Notes: generated from the letters alone by a model not told the origin. 64,000 bases of DNA from Bryobacterales bacterium (GCA_026713545.1 JAPOOG010000041.1:2931-66930), one strand, 5' to 3'. Shown: positions 37,453 through 46,673, counted from the first letter of the stretch. Numbers and translations: made by a program.

Positions 37453-38610
37453 TTGAAAATCACCGACCTCAAAGTCCTTCACACGCAAGGCGGACATGCC
37501 AACTGGATCTTCGTTCAGCTCTTCACCGATCAGGGAATCATCGGCGTCGGCGAGTCGACCATCGAACGCCACCAATTGCCGGTCATCAAGACCCTGGAGT
37601 CGTTCAAGGACTTCCTGCTCGGGAAAAATCCGTTCGAGATCGAGGCTATCTGGAACGCTCTGTACAAGCAGACCTTCTGGGAGGGCCAGATCGTGGTGCT
37701 GACGGCGCTTTCCGGCATCGAACAAGCTCTCTGGGACATTAAAGGTAAAGCTTTAGGAGTTCCCGTCTATGAACTGCTCGGCGGCAAGTTGCGTGACAAG
37801 ATTCGCGCCTACGCCAATGCCTGGGCGTTCGAAGGCGTTATCACCGAACCGAGTGTGAAGGATACCGCCGACCTGATTGCCCGGAAAGCGGTGGACACGG
37901 TGGAGGCCGGTTTCACCGCACTCAAATGGGATCCCTTTCGCGAGGGCGGTCAAGTCATTCCGAAGGCGGAAGAGAAATACGCCATTGAAACCGTGAAGGC
38001 CGTGCGCGAAGCCGTCGGACCCGATGTCGATCTGCTCATCGAGTGCCACGGCCGTTTCAACATGTGGAGCGCCATCCGCATGGCTCAGAAGCTGGAGCCG
38101 TTCGACCCGTTCTTCTATGAAGAGCCGATCCCTCCCGACAACATCGATGCGCTGGCCGAGGTGCAGCGGTCGATCAACATCCCCGTGGCGACCGGCGAAC
38201 GCCTCTATACGCGCTGGCACTTCCGTCCGCTCTTCGAGAAGCAGGCGGCGCGCATCATTCAGCCCGACGTTTGCCACGCGGGAGGGATTCTGGAGTTGAA
38301 GAAAATCGCCGCGATGGCCGAATCGTACTATGTCTCGATTCAGCCTCACAATTCCAACGGTCCGCTCTGCGTGCTGGCGAGCCTGCAAGTCGACGCCTGC
38401 GTGCCGAACGTCATTATTCAGGAGTTTTTCTACCCCTACCTCGAGCACTACAACGAGATTCTCACCCAACCGATCGAGTATGCCGACGGGTTTCTCAAGA
38501 TGCCGAAAGGCCCGGGGCTTGGGGCCGATCTCGACGAAGAGGCCATCCGGAAACGCCCGCCCGTTGACCTCCCCCACGAGGCCGGCTGGATGGGCAAGTA
38601 CTGGTTCTGA
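37453..38610 (+). CDS. Mandelate racemase/muconate lactonizing enzyme family, galactonate-dehydratase-like
   Basis: WIFVQL.TDQG..G.GE, SGIEQALWDIKGK, ECHGR, EEP, GERLY, QPDVCHAGG and PHN. Confidence 0.85.
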   Translation: MKITDLKVLHTQGGHANWIFVQLFTDQGIIGVGESTIERHQLPVIKTLESFKDFLLGKNPFEIEAIWNALYKQTFWEGQIVVLTALSGIEQALWDIKGKALGVPVYELLGGKLRDKIRAYANAWAFEGVITEPSVKDTADLIARKAVDTVEAGFTALKWDPFREGGQVIPKAEEKYAIETVKAVREAVGPDVDLLIECHGRFNMWSAIRMAQKLEPFDPFFYEEPIPPDNIDALAEVQRSINIPVATGERLYTRWHFRPLFEKQAARIIQPDVCHAGGILELKKIAAMAESYYVSIQPHNSNGPLCVLASLQVDACVPNVIIQEFFYPYLEHYNEILTQPIEYADGFLKMPKGPGLGADLDEEAIRKRPPVDLPHEAGWMGKYWF

Positions 38611-38620
38611 GACGGCCGGG

Positions 38621-38693
38621 TGAGGGCGCCGCGCACGGGATCAGTCGAACGATGGCCCGACAGTACGGCGTCAGCCCGTCCACGGTGCAATGG
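38621..38693 (+). pseudogene. Possible tiny IS630-transposase HTH relic
   Basis: EGAAHGISRTMARQYGVSPSTVQW resembles the IS630 segment EGATHWSTRTMA...GVSxSTVQRIW. The similarity does not continue. Confidence 0.3.
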
Positions 38694-38842
38694 CCAGGGG
38701 CTGCTCTCGGCGAGAGCCTCATCGTGGGCCACCCGGCATATCGATCGGACGCCCGTCGAGATGGGTGTCCCGTGACATTCCGCCGACGGGACGATTCGGA
38801 GGCGGGACTTCAGGTTTCGGCTACGTCCTGGCCGCCGCTCTC

Positions 38843-39319
38843 TCAATCCTCCACGTGCTCGATCCGAAGCTCTTGCGTTCCCTGGGTTCGGATACGCCCG
38901 CACGCTTGGGCAAAGTCGACCCAGTCGTACTTCCAGTCTCCTGGAATTCGCGCGAACAGATTCCCGAAGCTGGGCACTCCTTCGGCTCCACGCAAGGTGA
39001 CGCCTCGGCCGAAAGCCAGCAGGATCTCGGCTACAGGCCGGCCGTCGCTGGTGACGGGTGATCCCGAGTCCGCCCAGTAGAGAATCTCTCCTGGCAGCGG
39101 AAGCTGCGTCCGTTTTTCTTCCGGCGCCGGCTGATATTTGTCGAGCAGCACAAACGCCTCCATCCCCGAGTAGCGGCCGTGGATGAGGTCATGCTGGATG
39201 GGCAGCATGTCCCAGACAAGCCGGCACGTGCGGGGAGCCTCGTCATCGAGCAGTTCGGCCACAACCGATTCACCCGTTTCGACAAAGCTCAAACGTATAT
39301 GGCGTCGTGGCGCTGGCAT
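38843..39319 (-). CDS. DUF3830 family (cyclophilin-like fold) protein
   Basis: AELLDDEAPRTC...WDMLP...IHGRYSG.E, PLPGEILYW, EI.LAFGRG and NLFARI. AGGAGA RBS upstream. Confidence 0.75.
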   Translation of the reverse strand: MPAPRRHIRLSFVETGESVVAELLDDEAPRTCRLVWDMLPIQHDLIHGRYSGMEAFVLLDKYQPAPEEKRTQLPLPGEILYWADSGSPVTSDGRPVAEILLAFGRGVTLRGAEGVPSFGNLFARIPGDWKYDWVDFAQACGRIRTQGTQELRIEHVED

Positions 39320-39683
39320 CAAGGTCTCCTTCCCGTCGTGGAGCTGAAATTGCCGAAGATGGCAGTCTCGAATTTAAGTTTAAGCTCTCCTGTCATCCTG
39401 AGCCTCGCAAATACGCTTTGCCGAACTGTAAATCCACTCCGGATCTTCGAACGTCTCGCCGGAGGCAACGATCTGACAATACGATCATCCTGCCCTCGGT
39501 TCCGGTTGCCATTTCCTCTCTTTACGCCATCGTTCCCCAAGGCGCGGTCATCCGCTGCTGCATCGCGTTCGTGAAATCGGCTGCCGTATCGGGAACGTCT
39601 TACGAATCCGCCTCTGAATGTTCATGCCTGCAAACGGGCGATCGCCTCCTCCGCCCGGCGTTCCAAGCTACAATCGTCTCGCT

Positions 39684-40382
39684 ATGGCCGTTGAATGGAA
39701 ATCAGACGAGGAACTCTTCGAGATCGCCCGGCGCGAACTGTTTACGGCCGTGGTCGGCGACGCCATGGACAAGCTGGGGCTCGTCCATCAGTTCCTGCCG
39801 CCGCAGGTCAGTCCTCTCGAGCCGTCGATGCGAGCCATCGGCCGAGCGATGCCTCTTCTGGGCGCGGACTGCGTCGAGACGTCGCCCGAAGTCGAGCGGA
39901 ACAACAAAGTCCTCGAACAGCCCTTCGGCCTGATGCTGCGGGCGCTCGACGACCTCAAGCCCAACGAGATCTACTTCCCGGCCGGAGGGTCGCCCCGCTA
40001 TGCGCTGTGGGGCGAGCTGATGGCGACGCGCGCGATGAAGCTCGGCGCCGCCGGAGCAGTGATGAACGGATACTCGCGAGATACCCCCGGCATCCTGGAA
40101 CTAAAGTTCCCGACCTTCTCGTGGGGACCCTACGCGCAAGACTTCGCGGCTCGGGCCAAGGTGGTCGATTTCCGATGTCCGATCGAGGTCGAGAGTGTAC
40201 GTGTCGATCCGGGCGACATCGTCTTTGGCGACATCGACGGCGTTTGCGTGATCCCTCGCGCATCCGAAGAGGAAGTCTTCACGAAAGCGCTCGAGAAGGC
40301 TCGGGGCGAGAAACTTGTCGGCAAGGCGATAGAGGGCGGCATGTCGGCCACCGAAGCCTTCCGAAAGTTCGGGATCATGTAA
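39684..40382 (+). CDS. RraA family protein (HMG/CHA aldolase-like)
   Basis: TAVVGDAMD, ALWGELMATRA..LGA.GAVMNG..RD, V..GDIVFGDIDGVCVIP and EKARGE. Confidence 0.85.
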   Translation: MAVEWKSDEELFEIARRELFTAVVGDAMDKLGLVHQFLPPQVSPLEPSMRAIGRAMPLLGADCVETSPEVERNNKVLEQPFGLMLRALDDLKPNEIYFPAGGSPRYALWGELMATRAMKLGAAGAVMNGYSRDTPGILELKFPTFSWGPYAQDFAARAKVVDFRCPIEVESVRVDPGDIVFGDIDGVCVIPRASEEEVFTKALEKARGEKLVGKAIEGGMSATEAFRKFGIM

Positions 40383-40481
40383 AGCCGCCTTTTCCTCACT
40401 GGGGTGCAGAACCTCCTTTCCGCCGCACTTGTCGGCGCAATGGGAGCAGTTCCCCTGCTGAGCAAAACAGAACGTTCCCTT

Positions 40482-40666
40482 TAGCGGTCCGTGGTGAAAC
40501 CCCGCGCAGCACCGAGAACGGCCCGCGTAGCGCCGAGAACGGCGCTGCGCCCGGCTGACAAGGCGCGGCCGTGGAGCATATTGGACATATTTCGACCGAG
40601 GTGCAACGCAGATCAACCGGGATGCACCGCCTCTCGAATCCAGCGGGGTTTTACCGTGGGATTAAT
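40482..40666. mobile_element. MITE, family 1 short form, copy 3 (with an internal 21-bp tandem duplication)
   Basis: TAGCGGTCCGTGGTGAAACCCC ... GGGGTTTTACCGTGGG. The unit CCCGCG(C/T)AGC(A/G)CCGAGAACGG is duplicated at 40501-40542. Confidence 0.75.
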
Positions 40667-40744
40667 GCCTTTGGGTACTGAAGCCCTTCAGTCTTTTTTT
40701 TTCGCCCCGGCCGGCATAGCATGAGGACAACGAGGCGGAAATCA

Positions 40745-40810
40745 GGGTCTGCATGTCTCGCCACGCGGCGAGGTGAAGAGCGGGGGGAGGGCATTCAGGA
40801 CGAGGCGCGA
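40745..40810. mobile_element. MITE family 2, degenerate left end only
   Basis: CTGCATGTCTCGCCACGCGGCGAGGTGAAG...CAGGACGAGGCGCGA matches the left part of the 14245 and 34663 copies. The right TIR is absent. Confidence 0.6.
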
Positions 40811-41242
40811 ACCGCCCTCGCCGGCAACACGGCTTGTATGGATTTCGCGAGTCACGAAACACGAATCACGGACCTTGTCGCCGTTCGGTTCGCCGTGGGT
40901 GCGCGAGGGTGGCGCCACCGGAAACCGCCGTCCGGACCGCTGCCCCCGCCGACAAGTCACTGTTTTCTAGTTCACCATTGTTCACTATTGTTCGCCATTG
41001 TTCAGCAAAAAATATTGTCCTGCGCCAGTGTCCTTGCCCCGTCAGTCGTTCTCGGTCGGCCTTACGGCAAGCGCCGTTCGCCGCAACTCCCGTCGCCCTC
41101 CGATCTCCTTCCACTGCGGTGAACGCAACATGAGCCCTTGCTGCGTTGACACTCTCTCTGCCGCACTTTGCGCCTGTCTGAGGAAACAGCTAGGCTGAGA
41201 GGCATTCGCAACACTCGCTATTCTTTCCCCAGGAGAAATCCC

Positions 41243-42889
41243 ATGTCGATTCTCAAAGCTCTCCGGCGCACGAAATCCAGCGGCCTCAGCCGCCGCGAAC
41301 TCTTCCGCAACGGCGGCCTGCTGGCGGCCGCCGGTCTCGCGCCTGCCGCTGTTTCCTCAGCTTCCGCCGCTCCCGCGATGAGCTTCGGATCGGACATGTA
41401 TCAGTCCATCGGCGTTCGTCCGGTCATCAACGCCAAGGGCACGTTCACGGTGATGAGCGGCTCGCTGATGTTGCCCGAATGCCGTCAGGCCATGCAGGAG
41501 GCTTCGCAGAACTTCGTCCAAATGGACGAGTTGATGGAAGGCGTCGGCAAGCGCATCGCCGAGATCACCGGCGCCGAATCCGCCATCGTCTCTTCGGGCT
41601 GCGCCGCGGCTCTCGTGCATGCCACGTCCGCCTGCATCGCGGGCGGCAACCCCGAGCGCATTGCCCGGCTGCCTGATCTGGAAGGCCTGAAGAGCGAAAT
41701 CATCGCTCCGTCCTGGTCGCGCAACACCTACGACCACGCTGTCCGCATGCTGGGGATCAAGTTCATCGAAGTCGAAAACGAGCAGGAGATGCGCCGCGCC
41801 ATCGGCGCCAGGACGGCGATGGTGATGGTGCTCGCAACGACTCGCGACAAGGGGCCGTTCGGGCTCAAGGAGATTGCATCGGTAGCCCATGAGTACGATG
41901 TGCCGGTTCTGGTCGACGCGGCCGCGGAGAACCTGACCATCCCGAACGTGCATCTCGAACGAGGGGCTGATCTTGTCGCCTATTCGGGCGGCAAGGCGTT
42001 GCGCGGACCGCAGAGCGCCGGCCTGCTGATCGGGCGTAAGGATTTGATCGCCGCCGCTTGGCTCAACAGCGCTCCGCATCACGCCTTCGGACGCCCGATG
42101 AAAGTCGGCAAGGAAGACGCCATGGGCATGCTGGCCGCTGTCGAGATGTGGGTCAAGCGTGACCACGAGGCCGAGTGGAAGGCCTGGGAAAGCTGGCTCG
42201 CCGAGATTGCCCAGAGCGTCGAGCGCGTGTCGGGAGTGACCACCGAGGTCTCCCAGCCTCGGGGCTTGTCGAATCGCTCGCCTCGCCTCAACGTGAAGTG
42301 GGACGGAGACAGGATCGGCATTTTCGGCGACGAGGTCGAGAAGCTCCTCTTCAAAGGGGATCCCCGCATCGTGCTTGCCGGCAGCCGCGGTCGACGGCGC
42401 AGGGGCGGCGAGACGTCGGTGACGATCATGCCGTGGCAGATGCAGCCCGGTAACTCGAAAGTCATCGCCGCCGAATTGCACCGCGTGCTCTCGAAACCTC
42501 CCGAATTGGGCTCGAAGGGGTCGCCGAGCGGACCCAATGTCGATGTCGCGGGCCAGTGGGACCTGCACGTCGACTACGTGTTAGGCAGCGCCGAGAACGG
42601 GCTCTTCCTCGAGCAGACCGGCGACGACCTCCACGGGACGCATGTCGGAGAGGCCACCGCGGCGGACATCCGCGGCTGGGTGGAAGGCAACCAGGTCCAC
42701 TTCATGGCTCGCCATCGCTACGAAGGTTCCGGCTTCGGCTTCACTTTTTCCGGTCAGTTGAACGGAGACACCATGGAGGGCGAAGTCGATCTTGGCGAAT
42801 ACTCGCCCTACGGCCCCGCCAAGTGGTCCGCCAAGCGGCATGAGTACGGCCGGCCCGGACCGGTGTTTCGGCCGCAAAAGAACGTCTGA
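41243..42889 (+). CDS. SelA/DgaE-like PLP-dependent enzyme with Tat signal and extra C-terminal beta domain (paralog 1)
   Basis: SRRELFRNGG Tat motif, IGVRPVINAKGTFT, SGCAAAL, VLVDAAAE, DLVAYSGGK (PLP Lys), GPQSAGLLIGRKDLI and R.MKVGKE. AGGAG RBS. Confidence 0.82.
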   Translation: MSILKALRRTKSSGLSRRELFRNGGLLAAAGLAPAAVSSASAAPAMSFGSDMYQSIGVRPVINAKGTFTVMSGSLMLPECRQAMQEASQNFVQMDELMEGVGKRIAEITGAESAIVSSGCAAALVHATSACIAGGNPERIARLPDLEGLKSEIIAPSWSRNTYDHAVRMLGIKFIEVENEQEMRRAIGARTAMVMVLATTRDKGPFGLKEIASVAHEYDVPVLVDAAAENLTIPNVHLERGADLVAYSGGKALRGPQSAGLLIGRKDLIAAAWLNSAPHHAFGRPMKVGKEDAMGMLAAVEMWVKRDHEAEWKAWESWLAEIAQSVERVSGVTTEVSQPRGLSNRSPRLNVKWDGDRIGIFGDEVEKLLFKGDPRIVLAGSRGRRRRGGETSVTIMPWQMQPGNSKVIAAELHRVLSKPPELGSKGSPSGPNVDVAGQWDLHVDYVLGSAENGLFLEQTGDDLHGTHVGEATAADIRGWVEGNQVHFMARHRYEGSGFGFTFSGQLNGDTMEGEVDLGEYSPYGPAKWSAKRHEYGRPGPVFRPQKNV

Positions 42890-43001
42890 CCTGAAATATC
42901 CTCCTGTCCAGGCGAGGTAGACATCTGTTCGGATGCTTCCCATTTGAACGATCCGCGCACGGGCGGCGAAAAACTAAAAACTGAAAGAGGAAAAACTGAC
43001 C
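42887..43001. repeat. Family 3 repeat, single unit bounded by TGACC direct repeats
   Basis: TGACCTGAAATATCCTCC...GATCCGC...GGGCGGCGAAAAACTAAAAACTGAAAGAGGAAAAACTGACC; homologous to 34468-34643. Confidence 0.75.
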
Positions 43002-43020
43002 GGGGGCAGCATGCCGGCCA

Positions 43021-44127
43021 CTAGCGGATGGTCTCTTCACGTACGGTCAGCGCGTCGATGTAATCGCGGTCCAACTCGTACCCGAAGCCGACTTCATCCC
43101 GAACGGCGATCGTTCCCTCGGGGCCGACTTCGACAGGCGGACAAATGATGTCGCGCTTCCAATATCGTTTGCTCGCTGAGACATCACCGGGCAGCGTGAA
43201 ATTGTCCAGCGTCGACAGAGCGATGTTGTGAGCCCTGCCGATGCCGCTTTCGAGCATCCCGCCGCACCATACCGGGATGCCGTGGGCCCGTGCGACGTTG
43301 TGCACCAACAGGGCCTCGGAGAAACCGCCGACCCGACCCAGCTTGATGTTGATGATTCGCCCCGCATTCATCTCGATCGCCTGCTCGGCATGACGCGCCG
43401 TGCGGATGCATTCATCGAGGCAGATCGGCGTATCCAGCCGGGCCTGGAGCTGAGCGTGGTCGATGATGTCGTCGTGCGGGAGAGGCTGTTCGATCATCAT
43501 CAAGTCGAACTCGTCGAGTCGCCGCAGATGCGCCGCATCGCTGAGCGCATAGGCGGAGTTGGCGTCGGCCATCAGCCGGATGGTCCGAAAGGCCGCGCGT
43601 ACCTGACGCACCACCGCGACATCCCAACCCGGTTTGATCTTGATCTTGATGCGCTGGTAGCCGACCCGCACCTCGCGCTCGATCAGCTCCAGTAACTCTT
43701 CCACCGAGTCTTGAATGCCGATCGATACACCGCAGTCGATTTCGGTGCGGCTACCTCCGATATGCTGCCAAAGCGGCAAGCCGAGCTTGCGGGCTTCCAG
43801 GTCCCATGCCGCCGTCTCCAGTCCTCCGCGGGCCATGTGATGACCACGGATGTGGGAACTCCTCCCGGCTACATCGGCGGCGGATGCGCTGTCGATGTTG
43901 AGAATTCGCGGCGCAACGAAATCGCGCAGGATCAACCACGCCGCGTCGACCCACTCCTCGTTATAAAAGGGTCGCTCTCCGCAGGTGACTTCGCCCCATC
44001 CCACCGCCCCATCCTCTTCGGCCTCCACGAGCAGGATGCGCCGCTCGGTCGTGCGGCCGAAGCTTGTCTCGAAGGGATGCACCAAAGGCATCCGGATTTC
44101 ACGAAGGGTGATGCGGTCGATTCTCAT
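43021..44127 (-). CDS. menC: o-succinylbenzoate synthase / N-succinylamino acid racemase (NSAR/OSBS subfamily)
   Basis: LVHPFETSFG, RIKIKIKPG (K-x-K), DANS, EQP, DEC, NIKLGRVGG, WCGGMLES and GDVSAS. Confidence 0.88.
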   Translation of the reverse strand: MRIDRITLREIRMPLVHPFETSFGRTTERRILLVEAEEDGAVGWGEVTCGERPFYNEEWVDAAWLILRDFVAPRILNIDSASAADVAGRSSHIRGHHMARGGLETAAWDLEARKLGLPLWQHIGGSRTEIDCGVSIGIQDSVEELLELIEREVRVGYQRIKIKIKPGWDVAVVRQVRAAFRTIRLMADANSAYALSDAAHLRRLDEFDLMMIEQPLPHDDIIDHAQLQARLDTPICLDECIRTARHAEQAIEMNAGRIINIKLGRVGGFSEALLVHNVARAHGIPVWCGGMLESGIGRAHNIALSTLDNFTLPGDVSASKRYWKRDIICPPVEVGPEGTIAVRDEVGFGYELDRDYIDALTVREETIR

Positions 44128-44879
44128 GGAGGACCCAACTGAAAAGCTCCGCCCGTCTCGGTGCGTTCATAGCCGATGACCGCCAGTCCCTTCCCGAGGC
44201 AATGCTGGAACTCTTGACGCACGCGGTCCTGCACGGCGCGGGCGCGTTCGGGGTCGTTGGCCCGCCACTCATCGATCTCTTGCGGAACGGCAATCGTCGT
44301 TTCGACTTGCCGGTCGGCTGGAGCGCCTCCTGAGACCACCGTCTCCACACGCTTGCTCATTACGTGCCATTCGGCGACAAGGCGGTCGGTCGGCAGCCCT
44401 CCGTGCAGCGGCGACGAGGTGATGCCGTATTGGTTCGGCAAGAAGCGTTTCACCACGCAGCCGAGCTTCTCGATATTGAAGCGCGCGTTGCGAATCTGTA
44501 GCGGGTCGAACAGCCACTCGACCAACCCCACCCTGGAGGCGATCGCTTGCTCGCGCTGTTTCAGCTTGATCTTGTAGCCGATGCCCAGGTTCTGATAGCC
44601 GTCAAGCACCCCTGTCATGTGGCTATGCCAATAGCGCGATCCATCGCGCTTCATGCCCGGCAGCGAGAAGCTGAAGCCGATCATCTGTTCGTCGTCGTAA
44701 GCGCCCAGGATCAGCCCGCCGATGTACCTGGCCACGCTCAGAATGCGCGGCGGAACCTGGTCGACCTCGGAGAATTTCCAAACGCCCATTTGGATGTCGA
44801 GTGTCGTGCGGAACTCTTCGTGCTCGGAGAGCACGCGTACTTCGATACCATCCGCTATCGGCCCTGGGCCTACCGCCAT
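44124..44879 (-). CDS. GNAT acyltransferase (N-succinyltransferase-like partner of NSAR)
   Basis: GGLILGAY...IGFSF, HSHMTGV...QNLGIG.K.KL.QR, W.FDPL..RNA.FN..KLG, NQYG and GLPTDRLVAEW. Start ATG 44879. Confidence 0.85.
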   Translation of the reverse strand: MAVGPGPIADGIEVRVLSEHEEFRTTLDIQMGVWKFSEVDQVPPRILSVARYIGGLILGAYDDEQMIGFSFSLPGMKRDGSRYWHSHMTGVLDGYQNLGIGYKIKLKQREQAIASRVGLVEWLFDPLQIRNARFNIEKLGCVVKRFLPNQYGITSSPLHGGLPTDRLVAEWHVMSKRVETVVSGGAPADRQVETTIAVPQEIDEWRANDPERARAVQDRVRQEFQHCLGKGLAVIGYERTETGGAFQLGPP

Positions 44880-45658
44880 AGCTGCTCCACTTCCTCGACG
44901 CCGGCTTCTTCGATCGTCAGGCCCTTGTCGCGGAGCTGCTGTTCGATGCAGCCGAAACGCTCGCGGAACTTGCGGTTGGCCCGCCGCAGGGCCAGCTCCG
45001 GGTCGACGCCGGCGCGGCGCGCCATGTTCACGAGCAGGAAGAGGAGATCGCCGACCTCGTCCTCGGTGCGGTCGGGGTCCCGGCAAGCTCGCGCGTCCCG
45101 AAACTGCCGCATCTCCGCTCCGGCCTTGTCGGCAAGCTCTTCCGCCTCGCGCAGCTCGAAACCGGCTCGGGCTGCCCTCTTGCTGATCTCGTGCGCCTCG
45201 AGCATGGCGGGCTGCGCCCGCGTGACGTTTGTCAGCAACCCCTCTTTCTCGAGGCCCGATGGATCGTGGTTCCCTGCCCCGGAGCGCTTTTCTTCGGCCT
45301 TGATCTCTTCCCAGCGCTGCAGGACCTTGCCCGCCGTATCGGCCGACTCGGAGCCGAATACATGAGGATGCCGCCGGATCAGCTTGTCGTTGATGTGCTC
45401 GAGTACGTCATCGATGCCGAACCAGCCGTTCTCCTTGGCGATCTGCGACTGAAAGACGATTTGCAACTGGATGTCGCCGAGCTCCTCGGCCAGGTCGGCC
45501 CAGTCTCTGCGCTCGATGGCGTCGATGGCTTCGTAGGTCTCTTCGATCAGGTAGCGGCGCAATGATTCCAATGTTTGCTCGCGGTCCCAAGGGCAGCCGC
45601 CAGGAGCCCGCAGCCGCTCCATCAGTTCCAGCAGCGTCTCGAAACGAGAATCAGCCAT
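44870..45658 (-). CDS. mazG: Nucleoside triphosphate pyrophosphohydrolase MazG
   Basis: LRAPGGCPWDREQT, EETYEAIDAI, EELGD, KLIRRHPHVF and EDEVGDLLF. Start ATG 45658. Confidence 0.93.
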   Translation of the reverse strand: MADSRFETLLELMERLRAPGGCPWDREQTLESLRRYLIEETYEAIDAIERRDWADLAEELGDIQLQIVFQSQIAKENGWFGIDDVLEHINDKLIRRHPHVFGSESADTAGKVLQRWEEIKAEEKRSGAGNHDPSGLEKEGLLTNVTRAQPAMLEAHEISKRAARAGFELREAEELADKAGAEMRQFRDARACRDPDRTEDEVGDLLFLLVNMARRAGVDPELALRRANRKFRERFGCIEQQLRDKGLTIEEAGVEEVEQLWR

Positions 45659-45729
45659 GGCACAATGAGCGAACCAGTAGCACAATGTAGCACAGCGTTT
45701 TTTCGCTTCCCGGACCAACGATTGTTGCG

Positions 45730-46470
45730 ATGAAGGCCGTCGGCATCATACCCGCGCGCTATGCTTCGAGCCGTTTTCCCGGCAAGGCTTTGGCAATGCT
45801 CGGGGACCGCATGCTGATCCGGCATGTCTACGATCGGGCGTCTGAAGCCGAGACATTGTCGCTCGTTGTGGTCGCCACCGATGACCACCGCATTGCCTCG
45901 GCCGTGCGGGACTTCGGCGGCAAGGTCGTCATGACTTCGCCGCGTCATCCCTCCGGAACGGATCGCGTTGCGGAAGCGGCGCGGGACCTCGACGTGGAGA
46001 TCGTCGTTAATATTCAAGGCGACGAACCGTTCATCTCGCCGAAAGTGATCGATCAAGCGGTCGCACCGTTCGAGTCCCGGCCCGAGTTGGCCATATCGAC
46101 CCTTAGCCATGCGATTGAAGATGAGGCTTCGCTTCACGACCCCAATATCGTCAAGGTTGTATCGGATCTGCGGGGCTACGCTCTCTACTTCTCACGGTCG
46201 CTGATTCCTCACCCGCGGCGAGGCCATCGGGAGAGGGCCTTCGCGCATATCGGGCTTTATGCGTATCGCAAGGACTTTCTGTTGCGATTCGCTTCCCAGC
46301 CGCCGGGCCGGTTGGAGCAGGCCGAAGCTCTGGAGCAGCTTCGGGTGCTCGAAAACGGAGAACGGATCCTGGTGATTCCGACCGACGGTTACGTGGGCAT
46401 CGGCGTGGACGTTCCGGCCGACCTGGAGCGCGCCGAGAGTTTCCTGAACGGCAGACGAGACGCAATCTGA
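45730..46470 (+). CDS. kdsB: 3-deoxy-manno-octulosonate cytidylyltransferase
   Basis: IIPARYASSRFPGK.L, VATDD, SGTDRVAE, VNIQGDEP, YFSRS.IP, HIGLYAYR and LEQLRVL. Confidence 0.94.
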   Translation: MKAVGIIPARYASSRFPGKALAMLGDRMLIRHVYDRASEAETLSLVVVATDDHRIASAVRDFGGKVVMTSPRHPSGTDRVAEAARDLDVEIVVNIQGDEPFISPKVIDQAVAPFESRPELAISTLSHAIEDEASLHDPNIVKVVSDLRGYALYFSRSLIPHPRRGHRERAFAHIGLYAYRKDFLLRFASQPPGRLEQAEALEQLRVLENGERILVIPTDGYVGIGVDVPADLERAESFLNGRRDAI

Positions 46471-46673
46471 GAGCGGCCTGCGAGGGAAATTTTTCCGGTG
46501 TGATATCGGTGATATAATTTCCTGTTGTGAACGATTTGTTGCTGTCATACAGTAAATAGCAGGGGGTTCTTGACACCCCCCGTACCTAAGCGGCACGCTA
46601 TAAGTTACCGCATTGCCGGGTTGCTCCTGCATGCCGGTGCCGGCAACATTTCTCGGTGACAGAAGAGGGATCG

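Noticed and set aside
46520-46605. Rex operator or sigma70 promoter upstream of the bc operon
   Set aside because: TTGTGAA has no matching right half-site, and the spacing between TTGACA and TATAAG is 23 bp, which is too long.
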